This document shows, piece by piece, positions 49,428 through 59,339 of a stretch of 64,000 bases of DNA. The stretch's first letter is position 1; every line of letters begins with the position of its first letter. A model generated the notes under the pieces. It was not told the origin of the DNA and did not search any database. It saw nothing but the letters and a program-made list of their open reading frames with translations. A program made the position numbers and the translations under genes. Source of the DNA: Thermoplasmata archaeon (GTDB taxonomy: Archaea > Thermoplasmatota > E2 > JACPAO01 > JAHFTW01); assembly GCA_034667725.1 (NCBI GenBank), contig JAXDQS010000003.1, positions 192,001 through 256,000 of the forward strand, read 5' to 3'.

Positions 49428-50398
49428 CCGCCGGCAAGGCGAGCGCCATCGCCTACCCGATCCAGGGCCTCGTCAAGTACCACGGCCTCAAGGACCCGGT
49501 GCGGCGCATCCCCTACCACGACTCGATCAGCCTCTGCACGGGGCCCATCCACACCCACACCACGCTGGAGGTGCTCGACCAGGGCCCGTCGCAGGTCGAG
49601 ATCGACGGCAAGCCCGTCACGGGCCGGCCGCTGGAGCGCGTCCGTGTCGTGGTGGACGCCGTGCGGGAGAAGGCCGGCGACGACCGCTCCTTCCGCCTGG
49701 TGTCCCGCAACGACTTCCCGCAGTACGTCGGCCTCGGCAGCAGCAGCAGCGGCTTTGCCGCGCTGGCGCTGGCCGCGGCGGCCGCGTACGGCTGGAAGGC
49801 GGGCGCCGAGGAACTGTCGGAGGTCGCCCGGCTCGGGGCGGGCTCGGCGTCGCGCGCCGTCACGGGCGGCGTGTCCGAGTGGGTCAACCGTGGCGCGCGC
49901 AGCTTTGCCCGGATGCTGGCCGCGCCGGAGGACCTGGCCGACTGGCGCATCGTGGTGCCGCTGGTGCAGCACGAGGAGCCGACCGAGAACGTCCACGCCG
50001 AGGTCGTGTCGAGCCCGTTCTTCGCGCCGCGCAACCAGTACGTCGAGGGCGCCTTGTCCGAGATGCGGCGCGCCGTGGCCGCCCACGACCTGGCGGGCAT
50101 CCACGCCATCGCCGAGCGCGACACCCTCAACCTGCACGCCGTCACGATGACCGCCCAGTCCGGGCACATCACCTGGATGCCGGCGACCTTGGAGGCCATG
50201 CACCGCGTCCGCCGGCTGCGGCGCGACGGCGTCCCCGTCTGGTTCAGCATCGACACGGGCGCCACCGCCTACCTCAACACCACGGCCGCCCACGAGGAGC
50301 GGGTCGCCGCCGCCATGGAAGGCATCCCCGGGGTCGCCCGGCTGCTGCGGCTGCGCCCCGCCGGCCCGGCGCGGCTGGTGCCGGACCACTTGTTCTGA
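49424..50398 (+). CDS. mvaD: phosphomevalonate decarboxylase (haloarchaeal type)
   Basis: PIQGLVKYHG..PYHDSIS, GLGSSSSGFAAL, DTGA. Confidence 0.88.
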   Translation: MTAGKASAIAYPIQGLVKYHGLKDPVRRIPYHDSISLCTGPIHTHTTLEVLDQGPSQVEIDGKPVTGRPLERVRVVVDAVREKAGDDRSFRLVSRNDFPQYVGLGSSSSGFAALALAAAAAYGWKAGAEELSEVARLGAGSASRAVTGGVSEWVNRGARSFARMLAAPEDLADWRIVVPLVQHEEPTENVHAEVVSSPFFAPRNQYVEGALSEMRRAVAAHDLAGIHAIAERDTLNLHAVTMTAQSGHITWMPATLEAMHRVRRLRRDGVPVWFSIDTGATAYLNTTAAHEERVAAAMEGIPGVARLLRLRPAGPARLVPDHLF

Positions 50399-50437
50399 AA
50401 CGCAAGCTTTTCCCATCGGCCGGCGCGTCGCGGGGCA

Positions 50438-51061
50438 ATGGCCAGTTCCCTGACGCGCGCCACCATCGCCGGTTTGATCGTCGCGGGCGCCTTGGCGGCC
50501 GCCGAGCTGGTCGCGGTCGTGATCCTCAAGCTCCGCGAGCCCGGCATGGGCGACTTCTTCTCCGGCAGCTTCGGGCTGTACGCCTCGTTCGCGAGCATGT
50601 TCAGCATCCTGTCGATGGGCAACCCGCTGGCAAGCGCTGCCATCGGCCTCGCGGCGGGGCGGGGCTCCAACTCGATGGGGACGGCGGCCGCCGCCGGCGC
50701 CATCGCGGGCGCGGCCGGCTACATCGGCATGGTCCTCGTTAGCTTCCTCTCCATCACCGTGTTCTTCGACGGCGGCAGCGCCATCTGGGACTCCTACGGC
50801 GACACCTTCTGGAACCTGCCCGTCGCCGCCGTCGCCGCCTGCCTCGCCGCCGTCGGCATGGCCTACGCCCGCTCCCCGTCCGCGCCAGCCCCCGCCCCGG
50901 CCTTCGCCAGCTACGGGCAGCCGGCCGCCTCCACCGCGGCCCCCGCCATCACCACCGGCCCCGTGTCGTCGCGCCGCGTCAAGTGCCCCCGCTGCGCCAA
51001 CATCATCACGGTCGCCCCCGGCCAGCGCCCCTCCTGCGACAAGTGCGGCCTGACGTCGTAG
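50438..51061 (+). CDS. membrane protein with C-terminal zinc ribbon
   Basis: 4 TM then CPRC..CDKC. Confidence 0.75.
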   Translation: MASSLTRATIAGLIVAGALAAAELVAVVILKLREPGMGDFFSGSFGLYASFASMFSILSMGNPLASAAIGLAAGRGSNSMGTAAAAGAIAGAAGYIGMVLVSFLSITVFFDGGSAIWDSYGDTFWNLPVAAVAACLAAVGMAYARSPSAPAPAPAFASYGQPAASTAAPAITTGPVSSRRVKCPRCANIITVAPGQRPSCDKCGLTS

Positions 51062-51103
51062 CGGCTCACAACCTCTTTGAAGCGCCCCAGGAGTGTTCCG
51101 GCC

Positions 51104-51958
51104 GTGGCGGACACCCAGCGCTACGTCGCCATCGGTCTCCTGGCCGCCGCCCTCGTGGCCGGCGCCGTCGTGCTCTTCATCCCCGAGGACGGCACCAGCC
51201 TGCTCGACCAGGCCGGGCACTTCGGCGACCTGTTCGAGCCGAACGCCGTCCCCGGCATCCTGGTGCTCACCTCCTTGCTGGCCCCGCTGTTCGCGCTCGG
51301 CGGCCTCGGGCTTGCCTTCCTGCGCAAAGGCCTCGGCTTCGTGCTCGGCCTGCTGGCCGGCCTCGCCCACGCCAACGTCGTCGCCTTGATCCTGGTCAAC
51401 GACGGCGGCAAGCTGTTCCTCACGAGCGCCGGCACCCCGTTCTACCTGCTGTGCGCCGCCTCGGTGCTCGGGGTCGGCGCCGGCATCGTCGGCATGCTCG
51501 CCCCGCCCGCCGCCCCCGTCAAGAAGCGCTCCGACGTCGTGCTGCCCCCCTCCCCGGTGCTGTCGGCGGAGAACCCGAACGCCTTCAACCCGCTCGCCAG
51601 CCGCGAGCCCCGCCCCTTCAAGCCCGACCCGCCGCGCGAGTTCCGCGAGTTCCAGGTCACGACCCGCCCGCCCGGCGCCCCCGACGCCCCGCCCGCCCAG
51701 GAGATGAGCAGCTGGGACGAGATTCCCGACGAGCCCGCCAAGCCGGCCGCCGCCCCGGCGCCCCCGGCGAAGCCGGCCGGGCTGCCGGTCGCGAAGCCGG
51801 CACCCAAGCCGGCGGCGGCCCCGGCTGCGAAGCCCGCTGCGGCCGCGCCGCTCGCCAAGCAGGCGGCGGCGCCCGCCGCAAAGCCGGCGGCGTCCAAACC
51901 GGCGGCTCCGGCCGGCCCGGCGAAGCCGGCCGCCAAGCCCCCGGCGAAGCAGGCCTAG
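51104..51958 (+). CDS. membrane protein with Pro/Ala/Lys-rich tail
   Basis: 4 TM; AKPAA repeats. Confidence 0.7.
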   Translation: MADTQRYVAIGLLAAALVAGAVVLFIPEDGTSLLDQAGHFGDLFEPNAVPGILVLTSLLAPLFALGGLGLAFLRKGLGFVLGLLAGLAHANVVALILVNDGGKLFLTSAGTPFYLLCAASVLGVGAGIVGMLAPPAAPVKKRSDVVLPPSPVLSAENPNAFNPLASREPRPFKPDPPREFREFQVTTRPPGAPDAPPAQEMSSWDEIPDEPAKPAAAPAPPAKPAGLPVAKPAPKPAAAPAAKPAAAAPLAKQAAAPAAKPAASKPAAPAGPAKPAAKPPAKQA

Positions 51959-51974
51959 GTCAAAGGCCGAGCCG

Positions 51975-52012
51975 GGCAGGGTTCGACTTCGAGAGGAGGC
52001 GCTTCGGGGCCG
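51975..52012 (-). pseudogene. remnant of the CoA-binding protein 5' end
   Basis: gggttcgacttcgagaggaggcgcttc versus gggttcgacttcgacaggaggcgcttc near 54312-54338. Confidence 0.6.
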
Positions 52013-52159
52013 CGGCCAGCCTGTTTTGTCTTTCATGCCGTCGAGGGGGGAACATAACGACACCATGGTCGCCATTAGCCAAAGGGTCTATCCAAGGCCA
52101 GGGGGTTTGCGCGCGTTCCTGGCCATCGACGCCGGGAAAGGACCCAGGAGAAAACCCCA

Positions 52160-53785
52160 ATGGAACGACACGAACCCTTGGCCGGCGACACAAGCCGGCC
52201 CCGACCCCTCTTCCTGGCGCTGGCCGTGATGCTGGCGCTCGCGCCCTTCGTGGTCGCGGACCCCATCACCATCACGCTGGCGCCGACCCAGTGCAGCGAC
52301 CAGGTGGACAACGACGGCGACCGCAACACGGACTTCCCGCTCGACCTCGGCTGCACCGACCCGCTCGACAACGACGAGTCCAGCGAAGGCACGCCGCCCA
52401 CGCCCGAGTGTTCCGACGGCAAGGACAACGACGGCAACTACGTTGCCGACTGGCCCAACGACGCTGGCTGCCGCACCCCGCTTGACCAGGACGAGTCCTT
52501 CGACCCGATCCTGCCCTGCGGCGTCCAGATCGCCCTCACTTTCAACGGCGCCGGCGACAGCCCCGACAGCGAGCAGACGCCCCCGGCGACCTCGCCCCTT
52601 TGCATCCTGCCCACGCAGGGCCAGTGCTCGGACGGCGCCGACAACGACGAGGACGGGCGCGCCGACTGGCCCAGCGACCCCATGTGCACGGGCCCCGCCG
52701 ACGACTACGAAGGCGGCGAGCCCCAGTGCTCCGACAACAAGGACAACGACGCGGACTACATGAAGGACATGTCCGACCCCGACTGCGACTCCCCGGAGGA
52801 CGACTCCGAGGATCCCGTCCCGCAGTGCCGCGACGGCCTCGACAACGATGCCGACGGCGACTTCGACTACCCGATGGACGGTGGCTGCGAGCACCCCGAC
52901 GACGGCAGCGAGGACCCGCAGTTCGAGTGCAGCGACCGCAAGGACAACGACGGCGACGGCAAGGTCGACGGCGCCGACACCGGCTGCGACGGCCCCGAGG
53001 ACAACACCGAGAACCCCAACCCGCGCTGCTCCGACGGCCTCGACAACGACCGCGACGGCCGCACGGACTACCCGGCCGACCCCGAGTGCTCCGACGAGCG
53101 CACCGACGACGAGGGCCCCTCGCCCGAGTGCGTCGATGGCATGGACAACGACGTCAACGGCAAGTTCGACTACCCGGACGACGCGGGCTGCAGCGGCCCG
53201 ACGGACGACGACGAGAGCGGGCCCGCCTGCTCCGACGGCACGGACAACGACCGCGACGGCAAGACCGACTACCCGGCCGACCCCGGCTGCGACTCGGCGC
53301 TGGACGACGCGGAGAACCCAGACCCGCAGTGCGGCGACGGCATCGACAACGACGGCGACCGCCGCGTCGACTACCCGGACGACCCCGGCTGCGACGACGC
53401 CCACGACGAGACCGAAGACCCCGACAGCGACGTGGTCCCGGCCGGCGGCAGCTTCAGCAAGAGCAGCCCCAGCGGCCCGATCTCGTTCACGCCCGACTCG
53501 GGCGCGCGCTGCGACGTGACGTCCACCTCGACGGACATCTACATCACGTGCCACGCGGCTGGCTCGGCCATCTGCGCGAACCCTGGGTTCGTGGCATACT
53601 CCTCCAACGGAGGCGGCATGTCCGTGACGGGCAAGTGCGATACCTCGCGGACCCTCACGGCCACGAGCCCATCGGGCAGCAACTATGACTACCAGGGCGG
53701 GAACTTCCGGTTCCCCTTCACCTGCCACGGGCACTACGACGCGGGCGCCACCGGTTACGGCACCTGCCACGCCCCGGACCCGTAA
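52160..53785 (+). CDS. secreted Cys/Asp-rich repeat protein (putative Ca-binding), copy 1
   Basis: Signal peptide; 10 repeats of CxDxxDNDxDxxxD..DxxC; 6-Cys C-terminal domain. Confidence 0.85.
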   Translation: MERHEPLAGDTSRPRPLFLALAVMLALAPFVVADPITITLAPTQCSDQVDNDGDRNTDFPLDLGCTDPLDNDESSEGTPPTPECSDGKDNDGNYVADWPNDAGCRTPLDQDESFDPILPCGVQIALTFNGAGDSPDSEQTPPATSPLCILPTQGQCSDGADNDEDGRADWPSDPMCTGPADDYEGGEPQCSDNKDNDADYMKDMSDPDCDSPEDDSEDPVPQCRDGLDNDADGDFDYPMDGGCEHPDDGSEDPQFECSDRKDNDGDGKVDGADTGCDGPEDNTENPNPRCSDGLDNDRDGRTDYPADPECSDERTDDEGPSPECVDGMDNDVNGKFDYPDDAGCSGPTDDDESGPACSDGTDNDRDGKTDYPADPGCDSALDDAENPDPQCGDGIDNDGDRRVDYPDDPGCDDAHDETEDPDSDVVPAGGSFSKSSPSGPISFTPDSGARCDVTSTSTDIYITCHAAGSAICANPGFVAYSSNGGGMSVTGKCDTSRTLTATSPSGSNYDYQGGNFRFPFTCHGHYDAGATGYGTCHAPDP

Positions 53786-53947
53786 AGCCCAGACAAGCGC
53801 CTCTTCCCCTCTTTCCCTCTTTTCCGTGACGGCCTCCAAGCCGGCGGCTCCGGCCGGCCCGGCGAAGCAGGCCTAGAGCCCTAGCCGCGCGATCTCGCGC
53901 GCACGGGCCGCTGCGCGACCCGCGGCGACAAGCTTGCGCACTGGGCG

Positions 53948-54370
53948 CTAGAGGCCCAGGCGCGCAATCTCGATCTTGATGCACCGGTCCACGACCACGT
54001 CGAGGCCGGCCTTGAGGGCGCGGTCGATGGCGGCCGGGTTGACGACGCCGAGCTGGAACCAGACGGCCTTGGCGCCGACGGCGATGGCCTCCTCAACGAC
54101 GGGGCCGACCTGGTCGGGGGCGCGGAACACGTCCACGGTGTGCACGGGGCCTTTCTGGGCGGCGGCCTTGAGGTCGGGCACCGTCGGGATGCCTTGGACC
54201 GACGGGGTCACCGGGTTCACGGGCAGCACCTGGTAGCCGCGCCGCTGCAGGTCCTGGAAGACCCGGTTGGAGTCGCGCGCCGGGTTGTCCGAGGCGCCCA
54301 CCATGGCGATGGGGTTCGACTTCGACAGGAGGCGCTTCATGGCCGCGTCGTCGTGGGTGAGGTCGGGCAC
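53948..54370 (-). CDS. CoA-binding protein (YccU-like)
   Basis: IAMVGAS..R.S, PVNP, VDVFR, VWFQLG, DRC. Confidence 0.9.
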   Translation of the reverse strand: MPDLTHDDAAMKRLLSKSNPIAMVGASDNPARDSNRVFQDLQRRGYQVLPVNPVTPSVQGIPTVPDLKAAAQKGPVHTVDVFRAPDQVGPVVEEAIAVGAKAVWFQLGVVNPAAIDRALKAGLDVVVDRCIKIEIARLGL

Positions 54371-54503
54371 GGCTGCGCCCAGCCGGGATTCGTCTTTAAT
54401 GCCGTCGTGGGGGGAACAAAGCGACGCCATGGTCTATGGGGGGCGGTTCGGTTCCCGCGCGTTCCTGGCCCTGGCGCCAGGAAAGGACCCAGGAGAAAAC
54501 CCG

Positions 54504-56120
54504 ATGCAACGACACGAACCCTTGGCCGGCGACGCAAGCCGGCCCCGCCCCCTCTTCCTGGCGCTGGCCGTGATGCTGGCGCTCGCGCCCTTCGTGATGG
54601 CCGACCCGATCGGGGTCCCCACCGTGCGCGTCCCGACCCAATGTAGCGACCTCGCCGACAACGACGGCGACGGGAACATGGACTTCCCGCTCGACCTCGG
54701 CTGCACCGACCCGCTCGACGACGACGAGTCCAGCGAAGGCACGCCGCCCACGCCCGAGTGTTCCGACGGCGTCGACAACGACGGCAACGGCGCCCGCGAC
54801 TTCCCCGACGACAACGGCTGCCGCACCCCGCTCGACCAGGACGAGTCGTTCGACCCCGTCCTGCCCTGCGGCGGCCAGGAAGGCCAGGCCATCAACCTGC
54901 AGAACTTCGAATTCATCCTGACGCTGCCCAACTTGTCTTGCCTGCAGCCCAGCGAAGGCCAGTGCTCCGACCACGCCGACAACGACGGCGACGGCCGCAC
55001 CGACTTCCCCGAGGACCCGAGCTGCACCGGCCCCGCCGACGACGACGAGGGCGGCGACCGCCAGTGCGACGACGGCAAGGACAACGACGGCGACGGCCGC
55101 AAGGACATGGCGGACCCGAAGTGCGACGGCCCGTCCGACGATTCGGAGGACTACGTGCCCGAGTGCAGCGACGGCTTCGACAACGACTTCGACGGCAAGC
55201 CCGACTTCCCGCACGACGGCGGCTGCCGCAGCCCCGACGACGGCAGCGAGGGCCCCGACACCGAGTGCAACGACCGCATGGACAACGACGGCGACGGCCG
55301 CTTCGACTTCCCTGACGACCCCGCCTGCGACTCGCCCGAGGACCGCGCCGAGGACGACGACCCCCGCTGCGGCGACCGCGTGGATAACGACGGCGACGGC
55401 AAGGCCGACTACCCCGCCGACCCCGACTGCACCAGCGAGTGGGACGACGACGAGGGCATGCCGATGGAGTGCTCCGACGGCTTCGACAACGACGGCAACG
55501 GCCCCGCGGACTTCCCGTCCGACCCCGGCTGCGACAGCCCCTCGGACGACAGCGAGAGCTCGGGCGCCTGCAGCGACGGCACCGACAACGACCGCGACGG
55601 CCGCACCGACGCGGCCGACCCCGGCTGCGACTCGCCCACCGACGACACCGAGAACGGCGATCCGCAGTGCGGCGACGGCTACGACAACGACGGCGACGGC
55701 CGCACCGACTACCCGTCGGACCCCGGCTGCGACGACGCCCACGACGAGACCGAGGACCCGGACAGCGACGTGGTCCCCGCCGGCGGCAGCTTCAGCAAGA
55801 GCTCCGCCAGCGGGCCGATCACCTTCACGGAGGACTATGGCGCCCGCTGCGACTGGAGCGCCACCGCCACCGACCTGACGGTGACCTGCTACGCCTCGTC
55901 GTCCGCCATCTGCGAGAACCCCGGCTTCGTGGTCTGGAGCGACTCGTCCGCGGTCGTCTCGACCCAGGGCCAGTGCACCAGCTCGCGCCTGCTGTCGGCC
56001 TCCAGCGCCGGCATGTCGTACGACTACCAGGCGGGGAACTTCGGGTTCCCCTTCACCTGCACGGCGCACTTCGACGCCGCGGCCACCGGCGGCGGCATCT
56101 GCCACGCGCCGGACCCGTAG
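54504..56120 (+). CDS. secreted Cys/Asp-rich repeat protein, copy 2
   Basis: Paralog of 52160-53785 with the same 10-repeat architecture. Confidence 0.85.
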   Translation: MQRHEPLAGDASRPRPLFLALAVMLALAPFVMADPIGVPTVRVPTQCSDLADNDGDGNMDFPLDLGCTDPLDDDESSEGTPPTPECSDGVDNDGNGARDFPDDNGCRTPLDQDESFDPVLPCGGQEGQAINLQNFEFILTLPNLSCLQPSEGQCSDHADNDGDGRTDFPEDPSCTGPADDDEGGDRQCDDGKDNDGDGRKDMADPKCDGPSDDSEDYVPECSDGFDNDFDGKPDFPHDGGCRSPDDGSEGPDTECNDRMDNDGDGRFDFPDDPACDSPEDRAEDDDPRCGDRVDNDGDGKADYPADPDCTSEWDDDEGMPMECSDGFDNDGNGPADFPSDPGCDSPSDDSESSGACSDGTDNDRDGRTDAADPGCDSPTDDTENGDPQCGDGYDNDGDGRTDYPSDPGCDDAHDETEDPDSDVVPAGGSFSKSSASGPITFTEDYGARCDWSATATDLTVTCYASSSAICENPGFVVWSDSSAVVSTQGQCTSSRLLSASSAGMSYDYQAGNFGFPFTCTAHFDAAATGGGICHAPDP

Positions 56121-56212
56121 TCCCTCGGACGGCTCCTTCCCCCCTCTTTCCCTCCTCCCGCGCTTCTGCCGGGCACCGCCGTGCTTTCAAACAGGGAGCC
56201 CGTCGCCTTGCC

Positions 56213-57271
56213 GTGGACCCCGGCGAGAAGCTCAAGCACATGGTGTTCCCGCGCCACGTGCTGGTGGGCACGCGCGCGCTCGACCGCCTGGGCGACACCG
56301 TCTCCGACCTGGAGCTGGACCCGACCGGCGTCGTCGTGGTCGACGCCAACACCCGTCGCCTGGTGGGCGACCGCGTGCTGCGGAGCCTGGAAGGGTCGGG
56401 CTTCGTGCCGCACTTCTACGAGTCCACCGGCGCCACCATGAAGTCGGTGCAGGCCTGCATGAGGCTCGGCAAGAAGGTGGGCGCATCGTGGTACATCGGC
56501 GCCGGCGGCGGCTCGGTCATCGACGTCGCCAAGCTCGCGGCCCACCAGCACGGCCCAGCGTTCGTGTCGGCGCCCACCTCCGCCTCGCACGACGGCATCT
56601 GCTCCGGCCGCGCCAGCATCAAGGAGAACCGCGGCAGCGTCAGCCTGGAGGCCAAGCCGCCCGCGGCCATCGTCGCCGACACCGAGATCATCGCCAAGGC
56701 GCCCTACCGGATGCTCGCAGCCGGCTGCGCCGACGTCATCTCCAACCTCACCGCCGTCCTGGACTGGAAGCTGGCGCACCGCCTCAAGGCCGAGGAGTAC
56801 TCCTCGTTCGCCGCCGTCCTTGCCCGCACCGCCGCCGAGCAGGTCGTCGAGAACACCGCCATCATCCGCCCCGGCATCGAGGAGGCCTGCTGGCTCGTCG
56901 TCAAGTCGCTGGTGGTCTCGGGCGTCAGCATGGCCGTCGCGGGCAGCAGCCGCCCCGCCTCCGGCGCCGAGCACCTCTTTGGCCACGCCATCGACCGCCT
57001 CAGCCCCGGCCCCATGCACGGCGAGGTCGTCGGCGTCGGCAGCATCCTCACCATGAACCTGCACGGCGGCGACTGGGAGTCCATCCGCAACGCCTTGCGC
57101 GAGGTCGGCGCCCCCACCACGGCCAAGGAGCTCGGCGTGCCGCCCAAGAAGGTCATCGAGGCGCTCATGACCTGCCACAAGATCCGGCCGGAGCGCTACA
57201 CCATCCTGGGCGAGTCGGGCCTCACCAAGGAAGCCGCGACCCGGGTGTGCAAGGTCACGGGCGTCTGCTAG
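56213..57271 (+). CDS. egsA: glycerol-1-phosphate dehydrogenase
   Basis: GGGSVID, SHDGI, SRPASGAEH..H, HGE, RYTILG. Confidence 0.93.
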   Translation: MDPGEKLKHMVFPRHVLVGTRALDRLGDTVSDLELDPTGVVVVDANTRRLVGDRVLRSLEGSGFVPHFYESTGATMKSVQACMRLGKKVGASWYIGAGGGSVIDVAKLAAHQHGPAFVSAPTSASHDGICSGRASIKENRGSVSLEAKPPAAIVADTEIIAKAPYRMLAAGCADVISNLTAVLDWKLAHRLKAEEYSSFAAVLARTAAEQVVENTAIIRPGIEEACWLVVKSLVVSGVSMAVAGSSRPASGAEHLFGHAIDRLSPGPMHGEVVGVGSILTMNLHGGDWESIRNALREVGAPTTAKELGVPPKKVIEALMTCHKIRPERYTILGESGLTKEAATRVCKVTGVC

Positions 57272-57288
57272 CGCTCCTCCTCAACTGG

Positions 57289-57339
57289 ACACAGATTCCA
57301 CAGAACCTGCCCAAAAAAGACGGTCTGTGGAATCTGGGT
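57289..57339. repeat. palindromic REP-like element / possible bidirectional terminator
   Basis: cagattccacaga..tctgtggaatctg between convergent genes. Confidence 0.6.
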
Positions 57340-57349
57340 CCCGTGAGTG

Positions 57350-58270
57350 TCAGGGGGTCGCGTGGTTGCCGCAGCCGGGGCAGTAGGCCGCACCCGTCGG
57401 GGTCGCCGCTCCGCAGGCCGTGCAGTGGCCGGCCTTGAGCTCGGCGAGGCCGCCGGCGTAGAGCGTCGGCAGCGTGTCGGCGGCGACCCGGATGGCGCAG
57501 CCGATGCCGAGGACGACGGCCGCGAGCACGGTCGTCCACGCCAAGGCGCGGACACCGGTCTCGACGGCCGCGTCGGCGGGGATGGCGCCGAGGTCGTTCC
57601 ACGGTGTCGCGCCGAGGACCTCGAGGCCTTGGCTGGCGGCGGCGACGGCGGCCACCATGACGGCGACCGAGGCCACCAGGCGGGCCAGGCCGTGGCCGCG
57701 GGCACCCAACAGGAGGGCGTGGGCCAGCAGGGCCGCGGAGGCCAGCAGCAGCGCAAGCGGGTGCGGGGGGAGGGTCCAGGCGGCGAGGCTGGCGGCGTCG
57801 TCGAGGGTGGCGACGGTGTGCGCCAGGATGGCGAGGGTGGCCCAGAGCCAGACGCGGGCCTCGCGGCCGAGGTGGCCGGTGAGCCAGGTGCCGGCGGCAA
57901 GCAGGCCGAACAGCGCGGCGGCCAACTCCAGGAGGCCGGTCCATTGGCCGGCGAGGAGCATGCGCAGGCCGAGCCCGCCCACCAGCAGGGCGCCGACCTG
58001 GGCGGCGCGGGCGGTGGCGTCGCCGGAGCCGGTGCGGCCGAGGATGCCGGCGGCCTGGAGCAGGCGGACGGCCAAGAGGACGGCGAGGACCGCGAGGGCG
58101 GCGTCAAGCACGAAGGCGCGAACCCCCGTCGAGGGGTCGGTGCCGAAGGCGGCAAGGTCGCGGCTGATCTGCGGGACCAAGGCGATGCCGAACAGGGCGG
58201 TCGCGCCGCCGAAGCCCCAGAGGCCCCAGCGGCCCCAGGCGAAGGCCGGGTTTCCTTGCGGGGAGTGCAT
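57350..58270 (-). CDS. membrane protein with C-terminal double zinc ribbon
   Basis: Multi-TM; CTAC..CPGC. Confidence 0.7.
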   Translation of the reverse strand: MHSPQGNPAFAWGRWGLWGFGGATALFGIALVPQISRDLAAFGTDPSTGVRAFVLDAALAVLAVLLAVRLLQAAGILGRTGSGDATARAAQVGALLVGGLGLRMLLAGQWTGLLELAAALFGLLAAGTWLTGHLGREARVWLWATLAILAHTVATLDDAASLAAWTLPPHPLALLLASAALLAHALLLGARGHGLARLVASVAVMVAAVAAASQGLEVLGATPWNDLGAIPADAAVETGVRALAWTTVLAAVVLGIGCAIRVAADTLPTLYAGGLAELKAGHCTACGAATPTGAAYCPGCGNHATP

Positions 58271-58304
58271 GCCGTTTGGACGCCGGGCGGGGTCTTGGAC
58301 CTTG

Positions 58305-59327
58305 TTACGCGAGAGGCGCCAGCCATCCCTGGGCCAGCCAGAAGAACGCGGCCAGCCCGACGGGGTTCAGCAGGTTGTCCGAGACCGGCACCCAGGCGGG
58401 GGCCACGAGGTCGATGGCGACGAACAGCAACGCGGCCGCGACGGCGAGCGGGACGCCCGTGAACGGCAGGGCGACGACGAAGGCGACGGCAAGGCCGGCC
58501 GCGGTGCCGGCGACCGACTTGCCGGGGCTGTGCGGCCACTTGGCGCGGCCCCAACGGGTGCCGACGAGGGCGCTGGCGGTGTCGGCGAACACCGACACGG
58601 CGATGGTCGCCATGGCGGCGTGCACCAGCGGCTCCCAGCGCTCCGGATCGTGGCCGAGCCACAGCACGGCAAGCGCGGCGCCGACCGCCATGTGCATGTG
58701 CGCCATCACCAGCCCGTGCTCGCGCGGCCGCATCCGCGACTCGAGGATGCGCTTCCACGGATACGGCAAGTCGGGGCGCCACAGGCGGACGACTTCGACG
58801 GGCGCCAGCACCAGCACCAGCACCAGGAACCAGGCGACCACGAGCTGCTGGCCCGCGTGCGCCCACGGCAGCGCGGCCGACGCCGCCAGCTCCGGCTGCA
58901 AGCCCCGCAGCAGCACCGCGACGCCGTGGCCGACGCCGAGGTAGCCCGCCAACGACAACCCCATCGCCAAGTGGGGCAGCTTGCGGCGCTCCTCCTGTCC
59001 CGCCTCGTGGGGCGGATGCAGCCACGCCGGCAAACGGTCGAGCAGCCGCTGGCCGCCGCCGACCGTGAAGACGACCGTTGCGACGGGGGCCACCACGGCC
59101 GCCGCGGCCACGGCCCCGAGGTACGGCAACGGCATGGCGGCGGCACCGTAGGCCCAGACGACGCCGGCGAGCGCCATCAACGCGATCGTGCAGGCCAGGG
59201 TGGACCAACGGTCCGCGAGGCCGCGCCGGAAACCCCGCACCGCGAACGGCGCCAGCAAGAACGCGTGCGCCAACAACGCCGCCACCGCCACGCTCGCGGC
59301 CAACTCGGCGTCAGGGCTTGGGCTCAC
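58305..59327 (-). CDS. polyprenol/dolichol kinase family (CTP-dependent) membrane protein
   Basis: RRKLPH, DTASALVG, KSVAG, DNL. Confidence 0.75.
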   Translation of the reverse strand: MSPSPDAELAASVAVAALLAHAFLLAPFAVRGFRRGLADRWSTLACTIALMALAGVVWAYGAAAMPLPYLGAVAAAAVVAPVATVVFTVGGGQRLLDRLPAWLHPPHEAGQEERRKLPHLAMGLSLAGYLGVGHGVAVLLRGLQPELAASAALPWAHAGQQLVVAWFLVLVLVLAPVEVVRLWRPDLPYPWKRILESRMRPREHGLVMAHMHMAVGAALAVLWLGHDPERWEPLVHAAMATIAVSVFADTASALVGTRWGRAKWPHSPGKSVAGTAAGLAVAFVVALPFTGVPLAVAAALLFVAIDLVAPAWVPVSDNLLNPVGLAAFFWLAQGWLAPLA

Positions 59328-59339
59328 GGCTTGCCGCCC

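Noticed and set aside
51730-51958. AKPAA repeats as a separate histone-like gene
   Set aside because: They are the low-complexity tail of the 51104-51958 membrane protein
52280-55770. Recurrent gacaacgacggcgac units as a possible CRISPR array or DGR
   Set aside because: They are in-frame degenerate protein repeats; no fixed repeat-spacer structure, cas genes or reverse transcriptase
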